From Candidatus Bathyarchaeota archaeon (GTDB taxonomy: Archaea > Thermoproteota > Bathyarchaeia > Bathyarchaeales > Bathycorpusculaceae), in assembly GCA_963702095.1 (NCBI GenBank), contig OY969706.1, positions 1,952,001 to 2,016,000 of the forward strand: 64,000 bases of DNA, in the 5' to 3' direction. The notes below the pieces were generated by a model that ran no database searches, was not told the DNA's origin, and worked only from the letters and a program-made list of their open reading frames with translations. Below, one piece after another: positions 29,195-39,417 of the stretch; the stretch's first letter is position 1; each line of letters starts with the position of its first letter. The translations under genes were made by a program, and so were the position numbers.

Positions 29195-30184
29195 TTGGGG
29201 AAAAGAGGGGCAGACTTGAACCTAAAAAAAATCGCCGTAATAGCAACCATCGCTGTCATTGTTTTGGCAGCGTTTATCTACGTGTATTATTCAACCAACA
29301 CCTCCGCATCACAAAGTGAGGAGGGCATAACGATAACAGATGCTGAAGGGTACCAAACCACCCTCACAGCTGTTCCACAAAGAATCATTTCACTGGCACC
29401 CAGTGTGACACCCATCCTCTACCAGATAGGCGTCGGAGACAAAGTAGTTGGACTAACAGAATATGACAATTATCCATACAACTTCACAGCGTGGTTTGAA
29501 GCAGGAAACATGACCTGTGCCGGCGGTTTCTCAACACCCAACATGGAAGCAATCGCCTCACTTGCCCCCGACGTAATCTTCACAACCAACATAAACGACC
29601 AGTATATACCCAACATGCGCGAACTCGGCTACAAAGTAATAGTAGTCGGCCCCACCAGCATACAAGGCGTCTACGACACCATCAACATGATTGGAAAAGC
29701 AACAGGCACACAAACCGGCGCAGCCACCCTAGTTGACTCCTTAGGCAACCAGATCAGCGGCATAACCGAGAAGATAGCTGCGGCAGGCATAACTGAGAAG
29801 CCAAAAGTGTACTATGAAGTATGGTATGACTCCGCAAGCATCATGGCAGCTGGAGGAGGCTCATGGATCAACGATGTAATCTCAACAGCAGGCGGAATCA
29901 ACATATTTGCCAACGAAACCACAGAGTTCCCAAGCAGCAGTTCCGAAGTGATTGTTAAAGACAATCCAGATGTAATCCTTATACCCACAAACATGGGCGA
30001 CTACCATGGAAGCATTGACGATATTAAAGCTAGACCAGGCTGGAACGCAATAAACGCAGTGAAAAACAACCGCATATACATAATCGACGAAGACGTTTTC
30101 AATCAAGCTGGAATCAGAATTGCAGATCAGGTCCAAGCAGTGGCAGAAAGCCTCTACCCCAACCTTTTTAATTCCTCTTCTTAA
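29195..30184 (+). CDS. btuF: cobalamin/Fe-siderophore ABC substrate-binding protein
   Basis: PQRIISLAPS, PNMEAI, WNAINAVKNNR; adjacent to the cbi cluster. Confidence 0.85.
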   Translation: MGKRGADLNLKKIAVIATIAVIVLAAFIYVYYSTNTSASQSEEGITITDAEGYQTTLTAVPQRIISLAPSVTPILYQIGVGDKVVGLTEYDNYPYNFTAWFEAGNMTCAGGFSTPNMEAIASLAPDVIFTTNINDQYIPNMRELGYKVIVVGPTSIQGVYDTINMIGKATGTQTGAATLVDSLGNQISGITEKIAAAGITEKPKVYYEVWYDSASIMAAGGGSWINDVISTAGGINIFANETTEFPSSSSEVIVKDNPDVILIPTNMGDYHGSIDDIKARPGWNAINAVKNNRIYIIDEDVFNQAGIRIADQVQAVAESLYPNLFNSSS

Positions 30185-30201
30185 GTTAGTGTGGAAAAAT
30201 A

Positions 30202-31278
30202 TTGACAAATGACATCCAAACCGCCTATTCAAAAAGGTCAAAACGTTGGAAACTTATCCTGCTTGGACTAGTAATTACACTGGTTTTTACAGTAATCGTT
30301 TCCCTAAACATTGGGTATGCACCTATTCCATTCTCTGAAATCATCGCAATTCTGGGCAACCATATCCCGTTCGTGGGTGGTGGAGTTAGCCCCGACTCCA
30401 TTTCAGCGGTCAACCAAGCAATCATCATAGACATTCGGCTTCCAAGAATCTTGGCCGGTGTACTTATCGGTGCCGCCCTAGCCACGGCAGGCGTGCTTTA
30501 TCAGGGTGTCTTCAAAAACCCAATGGCTGACCCCTACGTTTTAGGAGTTTCCGCAGGCGCTGCCCTGGGCGCTGGACTGGGTATAATGTTTGGTGCGGGC
30601 TTGAGTTTGCTGGGTTTTCCCATTGTTCAAACCACTGCGTTCATCGCCGCATTGGTCACTATCTTTGTGGTGTATAACATTTCAAGAGTAGGTACAAGGG
30701 TTCCGGAAATGACTCTACTGCTTTCAGGCATTGCCATTACCATCTTCCTCTCAGCTTTATTCCAGATACTGCAGGTTATTGCCCCCAACACTCAACTGCA
30801 TGCTCTAGTGTACTGGCTAATAGGTGGCATATCAAACATAACTTGGGGTGCCTGGTGGTCGATTTTCCCCTTCATTTTTGCGGGAATATTGTTGTCGTAT
30901 TTTTTCGCTCGAGACCTAAACATGATTGCCATGGGTGAGGACACCGCGCAGCATTTAGGCGTCAACACTGAGAGAACCAAACAGATCTTGTTGGCTCTGG
31001 GTTCAATGGTGACGGCTGCAGCAGTATCTATAAGTGGCCTCATCGGATTTGTTGGGTTAATGATTCCCCACATAACCAGACTAATATTCGGCCCTGACCA
31101 TCGAATCCTAATACCTGCCTCAGTCGTCATAGGCGCCATCTTCCTAGTAATCTGTGACGCAATCGCAAGAGTAGCCACCGGCGCTATTGAATTGCCCGTC
31201 GGCGCTATAACCGCCCTTGCAGGCGGACCCTTCTTCATATTCCTACTTAGAAGAAAAAAGACAAGCTACCGCATGTAG
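30202..31278 (+). CDS. btuC: FecCD/BtuC ABC permease
   Basis: IRLPRI, NPMADPYVLGVSAGA, IGFVGL.IPH. Confidence 0.9.
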   Translation: MTNDIQTAYSKRSKRWKLILLGLVITLVFTVIVSLNIGYAPIPFSEIIAILGNHIPFVGGGVSPDSISAVNQAIIIDIRLPRILAGVLIGAALATAGVLYQGVFKNPMADPYVLGVSAGAALGAGLGIMFGAGLSLLGFPIVQTTAFIAALVTIFVVYNISRVGTRVPEMTLLLSGIAITIFLSALFQILQVIAPNTQLHALVYWLIGGISNITWGAWWSIFPFIFAGILLSYFFARDLNMIAMGEDTAQHLGVNTERTKQILLALGSMVTAAAVSISGLIGFVGLMIPHITRLIFGPDHRILIPASVVIGAIFLVICDAIARVATGAIELPVGAITALAGGPFFIFLLRRKKTSYRM

Positions 31279-31288
31279 AGTGAACCTG

Positions 31289-32590
31289 ATGGTTACGTTA
31301 AACGTGAATAGTGTCGAATGCCGTTACGGCTCCACTAAGATACTGTCAGACATCAACTTGACGGTTAAGCCAGGGGATTTTATAGGGATCCTAGGACCCA
31401 ACGGGTCGGGAAAAACAACTCTCCTAAAAAGCATAAGCAGAGTCCTCAAACCCTACGGCGGCTCCATCTTAATCGATAAAGAAGACATTTACCAACTAAA
31501 ACCTCTTGACGTCGCCAAAAACATGGCAGTAGTTCCCCAAGACACCGCTGTCGGCTTCAACTTCTCCGTCTTAGACGTCGTTTTGATGGGACGAAACCCC
31601 CACATGGGACACTTCCAAATGGAATCCCCAAAAGACGTTGAAATCGCCCGAAAAGCAATGGAATTAACCAACACATGGAGCTTGGCACAGAGACCCATCC
31701 AAGAATTAAGCGGTGGAGAACGCCAACGCGTCATAATCGCCCGTGCTTTGGCTCAGGAACCGAAAATTTTGCTTTTAGACGAACCCATGAGTCACCTAGA
31801 CATAATTAACCAGTTAGAAGTCATGGACCTCATCAAAAGCCTATGTGTAAACAACGGTTTGATGGTTTTAGCGGTTATCCATGACCTCAACATGGCGGCA
31901 CGTTACTGCAACACAGCCGTGATGCTCAAAAACGGAAAAGTTTACGCGCTGGGCCAAATAGAAAGTGTGTTGACAAGCGAAAACATCCGCAGCGTCTTTG
32001 AGGTTGACGCCATCGTCCGCAGAAACTTTGTCACTAATACCCTCAACGTTATCCCTCTCTCACCCAAGAAAGCTTCAACGCAAAAGAAATGCGGCATCCA
32101 CGCCATTTGTGGTGCAGGAACTGGAGCCCTTCTTATGAAAGCCCTAATTGACGAGGGATATAGCGTTACAGCAGGTGTCTTAACTACGCTCGACACCGAC
32201 TTTGAAGCCTGTGAAATGCTAAAAATCCCAGTTGTAACCGAAGCGCCATTCACAACTATAACCGATGAAGCCTATTCGCAAACACTAGAAATGGTTGGCA
32301 ACGCAAGCATGGTCGTTTTAACTTCGGTGCCCTTTGGCTTGGGCAACCTCAGAAACTTGGAGATAGCTAAAGAAGCGCTTAAACGCGGGACCCCAACCTA
32401 CGTCATCGATGAGGTGCCTATCGAAAGCCGCGATTTCACCGGCGGAAAAGCAACTAAACTCATGTCGCAACTCAAGGAGGGTGGCGCAGTTTTTGTTAAG
32501 AGCCCCTTGGATGTGCCTTCACTGCTCAACGGCGCTAAGGAAAAACCTGACTTGTCCGTGCAAACGGCGCTTGCCGGCCACACAAAATAA
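31289..32590 (+). CDS. btuD: ABC ATPase (BtuD/FepC) with C-terminal extension
   Basis: GPNGSGKTT, LSGGERQR, LLDEP; extra domain starting HAICGAGTG. Confidence 0.88.
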   Translation: MVTLNVNSVECRYGSTKILSDINLTVKPGDFIGILGPNGSGKTTLLKSISRVLKPYGGSILIDKEDIYQLKPLDVAKNMAVVPQDTAVGFNFSVLDVVLMGRNPHMGHFQMESPKDVEIARKAMELTNTWSLAQRPIQELSGGERQRVIIARALAQEPKILLLDEPMSHLDIINQLEVMDLIKSLCVNNGLMVLAVIHDLNMAARYCNTAVMLKNGKVYALGQIESVLTSENIRSVFEVDAIVRRNFVTNTLNVIPLSPKKASTQKKCGIHAICGAGTGALLMKALIDEGYSVTAGVLTTLDTDFEACEMLKIPVVTEAPFTTITDEAYSQTLEMVGNASMVVLTSVPFGLGNLRNLEIAKEALKRGTPTYVIDEVPIESRDFTGGKATKLMSQLKEGGAVFVKSPLDVPSLLNGAKEKPDLSVQTALAGHTK

Positions 32591-32601
32591 TTTACGCTAG
32601 G

Positions 32602-33432
32602 TTAAGCTGAGAGGTCGTAGCCTCTTGCAGTAACCATCTTTCCATTGATGATTTTGGTAGCAGAGTTGCCAACGACTATGGTTGTGACCATGTCGATGTC
32701 GCAGTTTAGCATATCCTTGAGTGTGGTAATGGTGAAGTTCTGTCCTTCCCTGCCCGCTTGCCGAACAACACCCACAGGCGTTTTGGGGTCAATATGCTTT
32801 AGCATAATCTCGTAGGCTTTTATCAGCGGTTCCGTGCGTCCTTGGCTCTGAGGGTTATAGAGCACAATCGACATGTCAGCGGACGAGGCAGCTTCCAAGC
32901 GGCGCTCGATTTTTGCCCATGGCGTCAACAGGTCGCTTAGGCTGATGACGGCGAAGTCGCTGATCAGGGGTGCGCCGAGAATGGCGGAGGCAGCTGTTGC
33001 CGCGGTCACGCCGGGGACAATTTCGACTGGCACGGGGTTTTTGTCTTTTGCAGCTACTTCCAAAACGACGCCTGCCATGCCGTAGACTCCTGGGTCGCCG
33101 CTGGAAACCATCACCACGGCTTTGCCCTCTTTGGCTTTGTCGACTGCGATTTGGGCACGTTCAACCTCTTTGCCCATGGTGCCTGAGATGACTTCAGCGG
33201 TTTTTTTGACTACGTTTTGGACAAGTTTGATGTATATGCCGTAGCCTACGACTACGTCGGCGCCCTTGATTTCACTGCGTGCCTTAGGCGTTAAGTGCTC
33301 GAGGCTGCCAGGTCCGATGCCGACGACGCTTATTCGCCCTGGGCTACCGCCACTGTTACCCCGTTTAGCTTCGTCTTTTTTAGAATCAACTTTGCGTTGT
33401 TTCCCGCTACCAGTAACGCTGCTCGTTCGCAT
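32602..33432 (-). CDS. cbiH: cobalt-factor III/precorrin-3B C17-methyltransferase; start uncertain
   Basis: VVGIGPG, SSGDPGVYGMAG, ISLSDLLTPW, LYNP. Confidence 0.92.
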   Translation of the reverse strand: MRTSSVTGSGKQRKVDSKKDEAKRGNSGGSPGRISVVGIGPGSLEHLTPKARSEIKGADVVVGYGIYIKLVQNVVKKTAEVISGTMGKEVERAQIAVDKAKEGKAVVMVSSGDPGVYGMAGVVLEVAAKDKNPVPVEIVPGVTAATAASAILGAPLISDFAVISLSDLLTPWAKIERRLEAASSADMSIVLYNPQSQGRTEPLIKAYEIMLKHIDPKTPVGVVRQAGREGQNFTITTLKDMLNCDIDMVTTIVVGNSATKIINGKMVTARGYDLSA

Positions 33433-34415
33433 ACTCCTCCAACACCTATTTTTTCTTGAACCATCGCTGAATCAGGCGACAAATCCTCGTTAGTGACCAA
33501 ACGAAGTGCCTCGACACTTAAAAACTCCAGCGGTGCCCCCAACTTCTCCACTGCCTCAAGCATCGGCTGCGAATCCCGTTTGATATCAACTGTTGCGAAG
33601 CGGTACACCCGCGATAGTGGCACATGGACTTTTTCGAGTGCAGTGTCGACCGCTGTTATTATGCTATCCGCTGACGCATCCTTGCGGGCTCCTAACCCAA
33701 CCACAACATGCCTGGTTTTTAGTATAGTGAAGGGCTTCACAAAGCTGGCGACGGACAATGGTTCATGGGTGATTATGATGCCTGCGTCAAACCTGTTGAT
33801 TACGTCAAGCGCTTCTGCACCATTCTGTGCAGTTTGCACTTCAAACGCGCCTATGGCGTTAGCTGGAATCTTGGGCTCGGCAACCAAAACAATCACAACG
33901 CGGTCTCCGTTGACAATTGCAGAATTCACTGCGACGAGGCTGTCAGGATTCTGGATTGAAAGATGCAGGGTTTGGGCGAGTCCATCCACGCTTTGCTTGC
34001 CCATCACATCAGTGGCGGTGGTGATGACGGGTACGGCGTTTATGGCTTTAGCGACGATGTGCGCTAAATCGTTGGCTCCGCCTAGATCGCCGCTGAGGAG
34101 GCTTATGGAGAATTTTCCCGCTGCATCCACCCCGACCACTGCAGGGTCAGTTAGTTTGCTCTCTAAGAGCGGTGCAACGGATCGGATGATTATGCCTGAA
34201 GCCATAACCGCCACGATAGCGTCCACTTTGTTGTAGATGTCTTTTAGGAAGTCGGCGAGTTTTTTATCCATCGAGAGGACGCCGTTTTGGCTGTACTTTT
34301 TTGTGGCGTAAACCGTCGAGTTTAAGCCGGCGACGTCTAAGCCCTTCTGGATTTTCAGCGCTGTCTCGATGCCTCGACGCGTAATTGCAACAACAACTAT
34401 GCCGCGGTCATACAT
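33330..34415 (-). CDS. cbiG: cobalt-precorrin-5A hydrolase
   Basis: DPAVV, SLLSGDLGGAN, VITTATD, GVCERAA. Confidence 0.92.
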   Translation of the reverse strand: MYDRGIVVVAITRRGIETALKIQKGLDVAGLNSTVYATKKYSQNGVLSMDKKLADFLKDIYNKVDAIVAVMASGIIIRSVAPLLESKLTDPAVVGVDAAGKFSISLLSGDLGGANDLAHIVAKAINAVPVITTATDVMGKQSVDGLAQTLHLSIQNPDSLVAVNSAIVNGDRVVIVLVAEPKIPANAIGAFEVQTAQNGAEALDVINRFDAGIIITHEPLSVASFVKPFTILKTRHVVVGLGARKDASADSIITAVDTALEKVHVPLSRVYRFATVDIKRDSQPMLEAVEKLGAPLEFLSVEALRLVTNEDLSPDSAMVQEKIGVGGVCERAALLVAGNNAKLILKKTKLNGVTVAVAQGE

Positions 34416-34416
34416 C

Positions 34417-35181
34417 TTACTCTTCGCCTTTACGGAACCCCGTCGTGAATTTGGGGTCATAGAGCTTAGATAAATCGTAAGCTGGGGGGTCTAAAACTTT
34501 TCCCACAAAAATCAAGGCTGTTTCCGTTATGCCAGCCGCTTTAACCTTCCAAACGATGTCTGCTAGGGTTCCTTTGACGATTTTCTGCTGTGGCCAAGTG
34601 GCTTTGTATACGACTTGACAGGGCGTGTCTTCTGCGTAGCCGCCTTTCTGGAGTTCCTCCACGACTTTGGCGATGTGGGGGGTGCCCAAGAAAATGACCA
34701 TGGTGGCTTGGTGGGTGGCGAGTTTTCGGATGCTTTCCGCTTCGGGGACGGGTGTGCGGCCTTCTGGTCGGGTGATTATGACTGTCTGGGAAATGTTTGG
34801 CAGAGTCAATTCGCGGTTGAGTGATGCGGCTCCGCCTTGTAGGCAACTGACGCCGGGGATGCGAAAGTATTCTATGCCTTCGCGGTCAAGGGCAGTCATG
34901 ACTTCTTGGATTGCACCGTAGAAGCTTGGGTCGCCGTCGTGGAGGCGCACGACGAGTTTGTCGGCTTTGATGCCTGCCACTATTACCTTGAGCATTTCGG
35001 GCAACCCCATCTTTGCGCTGTCATAGAGTTCCACGCCTTTTTTGCAGTACTTGAGGTAATCTGGGTTTAGGAGGCTGCCTGCGTAGATGACGACGTCAGC
35101 TTGCTCCAGCACTTTTTTGCCCTTAAGAGTGATTAACTCAGGGTCACCGGGGCCAGCGCCGATAAACACGAGTTTCTTCAT
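34417..35181 (-). CDS. cbiF: cobalt-precorrin-4 C11-methyltransferase
   Basis: GAGPGDPELITLKG, YAGSL, RLHDGDPS, KATWP. Confidence 0.94.
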   Translation of the reverse strand: MKKLVFIGAGPGDPELITLKGKKVLEQADVVIYAGSLLNPDYLKYCKKGVELYDSAKMGLPEMLKVIVAGIKADKLVVRLHDGDPSFYGAIQEVMTALDREGIEYFRIPGVSCLQGGAASLNRELTLPNISQTVIITRPEGRTPVPEAESIRKLATHQATMVIFLGTPHIAKVVEELQKGGYAEDTPCQVVYKATWPQQKIVKGTLADIVWKVKAAGITETALIFVGKVLDPPAYDLSKLYDPKFTTGFRKGEE

Positions 35182-35951
35182 TTTTTGCCGCATCCGTTTC
35201 CGTTTTCTTTCCAGTGAATAGGAACCTGACTTTTCTTGACTATAGCAACTGAGAAATAGTCTTCTTTCACATCCCACTTGGCAACGTCGCCGAGTTTACC
35301 AACCATCACCTTCTCCTCAGGCAAAGTGCACCGCTTCACTAAGGCGACGGTGGAGTTTTCGGTGAAGCCAGATTTAAGCAGGATGGGGATGAATTCTTTG
35401 AGGTGATAAGCGCATTTCATAAAAACCAGGTTTTCTGCGTGTTTAGCTGCATCTTCCAAATGGGCGGGGCTTAAATCTGTTGGAATAATGGTCACGACTT
35501 CTTCTTTCTCCGCCAACGGCAATTTGGAGCTGGCTGCCACGGCTGTGACTGAGGTGACGCCCGGGATGATTTCAAGTTCTATCTCGGGGTAAGTTTCTTT
35601 CACAAACTCATAGAGGTAGAGGAATGTGCTGTAGAGCATGGGGTCGCCCAGTGTAATGAAGACAACGCTGCCTCTTCGGGCTCTATCGGCGACGATAGCT
35701 GCGTTTTCAGCCCAGAGTTTGCGGCAGTTTAGTTCATCTCGACTCATGGGGAAAACAAGTTCGAGGATTTCAGCGGGTTTAGTGCGTTCATCCAAAATCG
35801 GTTTAATCATGCCCAGTGCCATGCTGGGTTTACTTGCGTGGCTTTTAGGTACACAGATTACATCTGCTGCTTTGAGCGCTTTTGCCGCTTTAATTGTGAG
35901 GAGTTCGGGGTCGCCTGGACCAACACCGATGCCTATGAATACGCCAACCAA
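35178..35951 (-). CDS. cbiL: cobalt-factor II C20-methyltransferase
   Basis: GVGPGDPELLT, FPM, TLGDPMLYST. Confidence 0.93.
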   Translation of the reverse strand: MVGVFIGIGVGPGDPELLTIKAAKALKAADVICVPKSHASKPSMALGMIKPILDERTKPAEILELVFPMSRDELNCRKLWAENAAIVADRARRGSVVFITLGDPMLYSTFLYLYEFVKETYPEIELEIIPGVTSVTAVAASSKLPLAEKEEVVTIIPTDLSPAHLEDAAKHAENLVFMKCAYHLKEFIPILLKSGFTENSTVALVKRCTLPEEKVMVGKLGDVAKWDVKEDYFSVAIVKKSQVPIHWKENGNGCGKK

Positions 35952-35964
35952 ACCAATTTTCCCC

Positions 35965-36579
35965 CTAAAGTTTTGTCGCTGAAACTACCGTAATTGGATT
36001 TCTCGCCAACATCATGGTTCCACTGTTTATTTGTTTTCCTTTAGCCACAGAAATATTGGCTATATCAATGTCTCTGTAGCCTAAAGCTTGGAGTTCAGTT
36101 ATTGCAGCAGTTGCGGTTTCCAGCAGTATGGCATTGATGACGATTCTGCCGTTCGGTCTAAGTTTGCTGCTGGCAATTTGGAGAATTGCCCTAAGGGAAG
36201 CGCCTCCTCCGCCAACGAGGACAACATCAGCGTCTGGGACAGTAATAAGAGCCTGAGGCGCTTTGCCGCTTAAGATTGTTACGCTGCTTTTGACGCCGAA
36301 TTTTTCGCAATTGCTCGATGTCAATTTGATTGCTTCTGGATCTTCGTCGATGGCGTACACTTTGCCTTTTGACCCCACTTGGAGCGCTGCCTCCACTGTT
36401 AAGCCGCCTGTGCCACAACCAACGTCGACAACGATGTCTCCTTCGCTTAGCCTCGCTTTGGCGATGGTGACTACTCGTATTTCCTCTTTTGTCGGTCCTG
36501 GAACCGCTTCGCTTTGTATGAATGCTTCGTCAGGTATGCCTGGCGTCTTGTATGCCCATTCTTTGGTCATTTCCTTCAA
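35965..36579 (-). CDS. cbiT: cobalt-precorrin-6B C15-methyltransferase (decarboxylating)
   Basis: PGIPD..F, TKEEIR, DVGCGTG, ARNPI. Confidence 0.94.
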   Translation of the reverse strand: MKEMTKEWAYKTPGIPDEAFIQSEAVPGPTKEEIRVVTIAKARLSEGDIVVDVGCGTGGLTVEAALQVGSKGKVYAIDEDPEAIKLTSSNCEKFGVKSSVTILSGKAPQALITVPDADVVLVGGGGASLRAILQIASSKLRPNGRIVINAILLETATAAITELQALGYRDIDIANISVAKGKQINSGTMMLARNPITVVSATKL

Positions 36580-36595
36580 CTTCTCGTTTAGTTCG

Positions 36596-37252
36596 TTATT
36601 GTTTGATAACCATTACACATAGATGCCTAAAACTTTGGGTAGCTGCCTTTTCAAGGGTGGTTTGGGTGATTTTTTCGTTTTCTAGGGTGATGTTTTCACA
36701 GGCGTAGACCGGGGTTTGGGGGTCTGCACCGGTCTCGAGGAGTAGGGCTGCGATGTCTTTGGGTGCAAAATCCTTCTGCGCAGGCAACAGGAGGATGGTG
36801 CGTCCACATTGGTAGGCGGAGACCAATTTGCCTTTAGCGTCGTCGGATACGTCGCCTTCATGGAAAGTGAAGAGGCGTGTGTTGTCCCAGCTTATGTTTA
36901 AGCGGGCTGCGCAAGCCTGTATTGAGCTGACTCCGGGAATGACATGGATGTCTTTTTCTTGGAATAATCCGCTTTCCAGAACCGTATGCAGTAGCCCAGA
37001 GAAACCGGGGTCGCCTGTGGAAAGCAAAGCAACGTTTTTTCCTGCTTTAACTGATTGGGCCGCTTTTTTTAGCGAGTCTTCTAGGTTTTTGGCGGTTAAA
37101 ACAACTGTTTCCGCTTTGATACCCCCAGAAAAGAGTGCAACACTTCTTTGCGCCCCAAAAACCAAATCTGCGTTCTGCACAGCCTTTTCTGCGGCTGCTG
37201 TAACATAATCGGGTGAACCTGGCCCGACGCCGACTATTTCAAGTTTAGCCAA
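36596..37252 (-). CDS. cbiE: cobalt-precorrin-7 C5-methyltransferase
   Basis: GVGPG, STGDPGFSG, PGVSSIQ, CENIT. Confidence 0.92.
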   Translation of the reverse strand: MAKLEIVGVGPGSPDYVTAAAEKAVQNADLVFGAQRSVALFSGGIKAETVVLTAKNLEDSLKKAAQSVKAGKNVALLSTGDPGFSGLLHTVLESGLFQEKDIHVIPGVSSIQACAARLNISWDNTRLFTFHEGDVSDDAKGKLVSAYQCGRTILLLPAQKDFAPKDIAALLLETGADPQTPVYACENITLENEKITQTTLEKAATQSFRHLCVMVIKQ

Positions 37253-38340
37253 GGCTTATCACACCGTGCGTTCGTGTCCATCCCAAGGACTTTGCCGTCC
37301 ATGGCGACGATTACAACACTTATCTTTATCTTATTTTCTACCCTGTCACTGACTTGCTTGTGGATCCGCTCGGCGATGAGGTTGTATGTGGGTTCAACGA
37401 GGTTGGTTTGGCGGAGGATTTCGGTGGCTTCGTCGGTGGTGTTTGCTTCGAGGAGTGCCCTGATGGTTTTGGTGTCTGCCCCTGCGGCTCCTGCGTAGGA
37501 TGCGACGACTTCGTTGCGTGCGTCGCCGACTTTGTGGTGAGTGTTAAAGATTCTTGCGGCAACTTTGACAAGTTTCCCCGAATGCCCGAGCATGATAATT
37601 TCTTTGACGCCTCTCTCGACGGCTTTGTCAAGCATGTAGCCGACGAAGTCGCCTGTCTGCACAATCGCATCCTCGGATACGCCGAATTTTTCTTTGGCGA
37701 TGCGTTCGCCGATGTTGCCTGGTACGTAGAGTATACGCTTGTAGCCTCGGGCGATGGCAACGTCGATTTGGGGCACCAGTGAACGGCGGCATGCTTCGAG
37801 CGAAAGCGGCTTCACAACGCCTGTTGTGCCCAAGATGGATACGCCGCCTTTTATGCCGAGCTTGTCGTTCATGGTTTTCTTGGTGATGCTGGCGCCTTCG
37901 GGTGCAGATATGAGGATTTCTGCGCCTTTTCCGGGCGGGAGGACTTCTTTGACGGCTTCGATTATCATGGCTTGGGGCACGGGGTTGATGGCGCCTTCGC
38001 CGATGGGCACCTGCAAACCGGGTTTGGTGACTACGCCGATGCCTTCGCCGCTTTTAATGGTAATTTTGCCGTCGTCAGTCAAGGTGACTTTGGCAGTGAT
38101 TTCCATTTTGTCGGTTACGTCGATGTCTTGCCCCGCGTCCTTTACGGTGACTGCTTCTGCGGAGTCCACGCCGAGTTTTCTGCTGCTTTTAATTGGCACC
38201 TCAAAACGTAGCCCGATTGGGGTAGGGATAACAACGCGGTCCACCGGCTCCTTTTGTGCTGCGATTGCCGCGGCTTTCGCCGCCGCAGCCGCTGTTGCAC
38301 CCGTCGTTATGCCATACTTCAAAAACCGAGCCATAACCAA
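37234..38340 (-). CDS. cbiD: cobalt-precorrin-5B C1-methyltransferase
   Basis: GITTGATAAAA, KDAG.D.DVT, AINPVP, LGIKGGVSILGTTG. Confidence 0.95.
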   Translation of the reverse strand: MVMARFLKYGITTGATAAAAAKAAAIAAQKEPVDRVVIPTPIGLRFEVPIKSSRKLGVDSAEAVTVKDAGQDIDVTDKMEITAKVTLTDDGKITIKSGEGIGVVTKPGLQVPIGEGAINPVPQAMIIEAVKEVLPPGKGAEILISAPEGASITKKTMNDKLGIKGGVSILGTTGVVKPLSLEACRRSLVPQIDVAIARGYKRILYVPGNIGERIAKEKFGVSEDAIVQTGDFVGYMLDKAVERGVKEIIMLGHSGKLVKVAARIFNTHHKVGDARNEVVASYAGAAGADTKTIRALLEANTTDEATEILRQTNLVEPTYNLIAERIHKQVSDRVENKIKISVVIVAMDGKVLGMDTNARCDKPWLNLK

Positions 38341-38346
38341 TCACTT

Positions 38347-39417
38347 TTAACCGTATAGTTTGCCTTCTGCTTTTGTGAGTAACGCGTTGAAAATTGCAAC
38401 GGCTATGGTGCTGCCGCCTTTGCGTCCCCTTGTAATGACATAGGGAACGGGGAGTTTAGCTACGACTTCTTTGGATTCCGCTGCACCGACGAAGCCCACG
38501 GGAACAGCCACAATCAATGCGGGTTTGACTTTGCCAGCTTTGACTTGGTCAGCGAGTTCTAAAGCTGCAGTGGGCGCGTTGCCAATGAGCACAATCGCAC
38601 CGTCTAAGCCATCGTCAATGGCAAGTCGCATGGCGGCTGCAGAACGGGTGAGTTTTTCGGATTTAGCCAATTCCATGACACGATAATCATTCATGTAAGT
38701 TTGCACTTGCGTTCCGAATTTCTTGAGGCGCACGTCATTGATGCCTGCTTTGACCATCTTGACGTCTGATATGACTTTGGCGCCTGCTTTAATCGCGTCA
38801 ACGCCAGCTTGAACTGCGTCGTCGCTGATAACTAGGAGTTTTGCGAATTCGGGATCGGCTGTGGTGTGAACAACTCGCTCAACAACGGCGACTTTGTCTT
38901 GGGGGAGTTTGGCGAGGTCTTCTCCGATGGCTTCTCGGATAAGCATCATGGACTTGTCCACGATTTTTACTGCTGCAGCAACGGAGTAGGCGTCTTGGAT
39001 CTCGCTGTCTTTTTTGATTTCTGCACCGGCGGCTTTGAAGGCTTTCTCTTCAAGGATGTCGGCTATGCGTTCGTCGCTGCCGATGGGTTCGCCGTAGACG
39101 AGTTCGATGCCTCTTGCTTTGAGGTCAGGCTGCTTCTCTTTCACCCCGATGAGTCCGGGAATGTCTTGTGTAGTGTGGACACCCTGTGCAAGAAAAGCGG
39201 GAACCAACACAATTTTTGTTACGCCTTTGGCTGCGACGGTGTCGATGGCTTCTTCGACGGTAGGGGTGTCGCGGACCATAAAGGCGATTTCCACGGTTTT
39301 GAATTCTTGGCGACTGCGCAGTATGTCTGCTAGTTTTTCGAGGTTTTCTCGGTTATGGGGCAGTTTGCTTCCGTGTCCAATCAGTATTAAACCAACTGTG
39401 CTTAGTGACTTTAACAA
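38347..39417 (-). CDS. CbiX cobaltochelatase-CbiC precorrin-8X methylmutase fusion
   Basis: GHGS..P.FLAQGVHT..DIP (CbiX), then RVVHTTAD, IGNAPTA, PVGFV.AAESK, GRKGGS (CbiC). Confidence 0.92.
   Translation of the reverse strand: MLKSLSTVGLILIGHGSKLPHNRENLEKLADILRSRQEFKTVEIAFMVRDTPTVEEAIDTVAAKGVTKIVLVPAFLAQGVHTTQDIPGLIGVKEKQPDLKARGIELVYGEPIGSDERIADILEEKAFKAAGAEIKKDSEIQDAYSVAAAVKIVDKSMMLIREAIGEDLAKLPQDKVAVVERVVHTTADPEFAKLLVISDDAVQAGVDAIKAGAKVISDVKMVKAGINDVRLKKFGTQVQTYMNDYRVMELAKSEKLTRSAAAMRLAIDDGLDGAIVLIGNAPTAALELADQVKAGKVKPALIVAVPVGFVGAAESKEVVAKLPVPYVITRGRKGGSTIAVAIFNALLTKAEGKLYG

Noticed and set aside
29030-29195. Cobalamin riboswitch upstream of btuF
   Set aside because: No B12-box or conserved core visible; the region is a terminator plus promoter
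33330-33432. 100-bp cbiG/cbiH overlap as a recoding signal
   Set aside because: Start-codon ambiguity or a base error explains it equally well; no slippery site was identified
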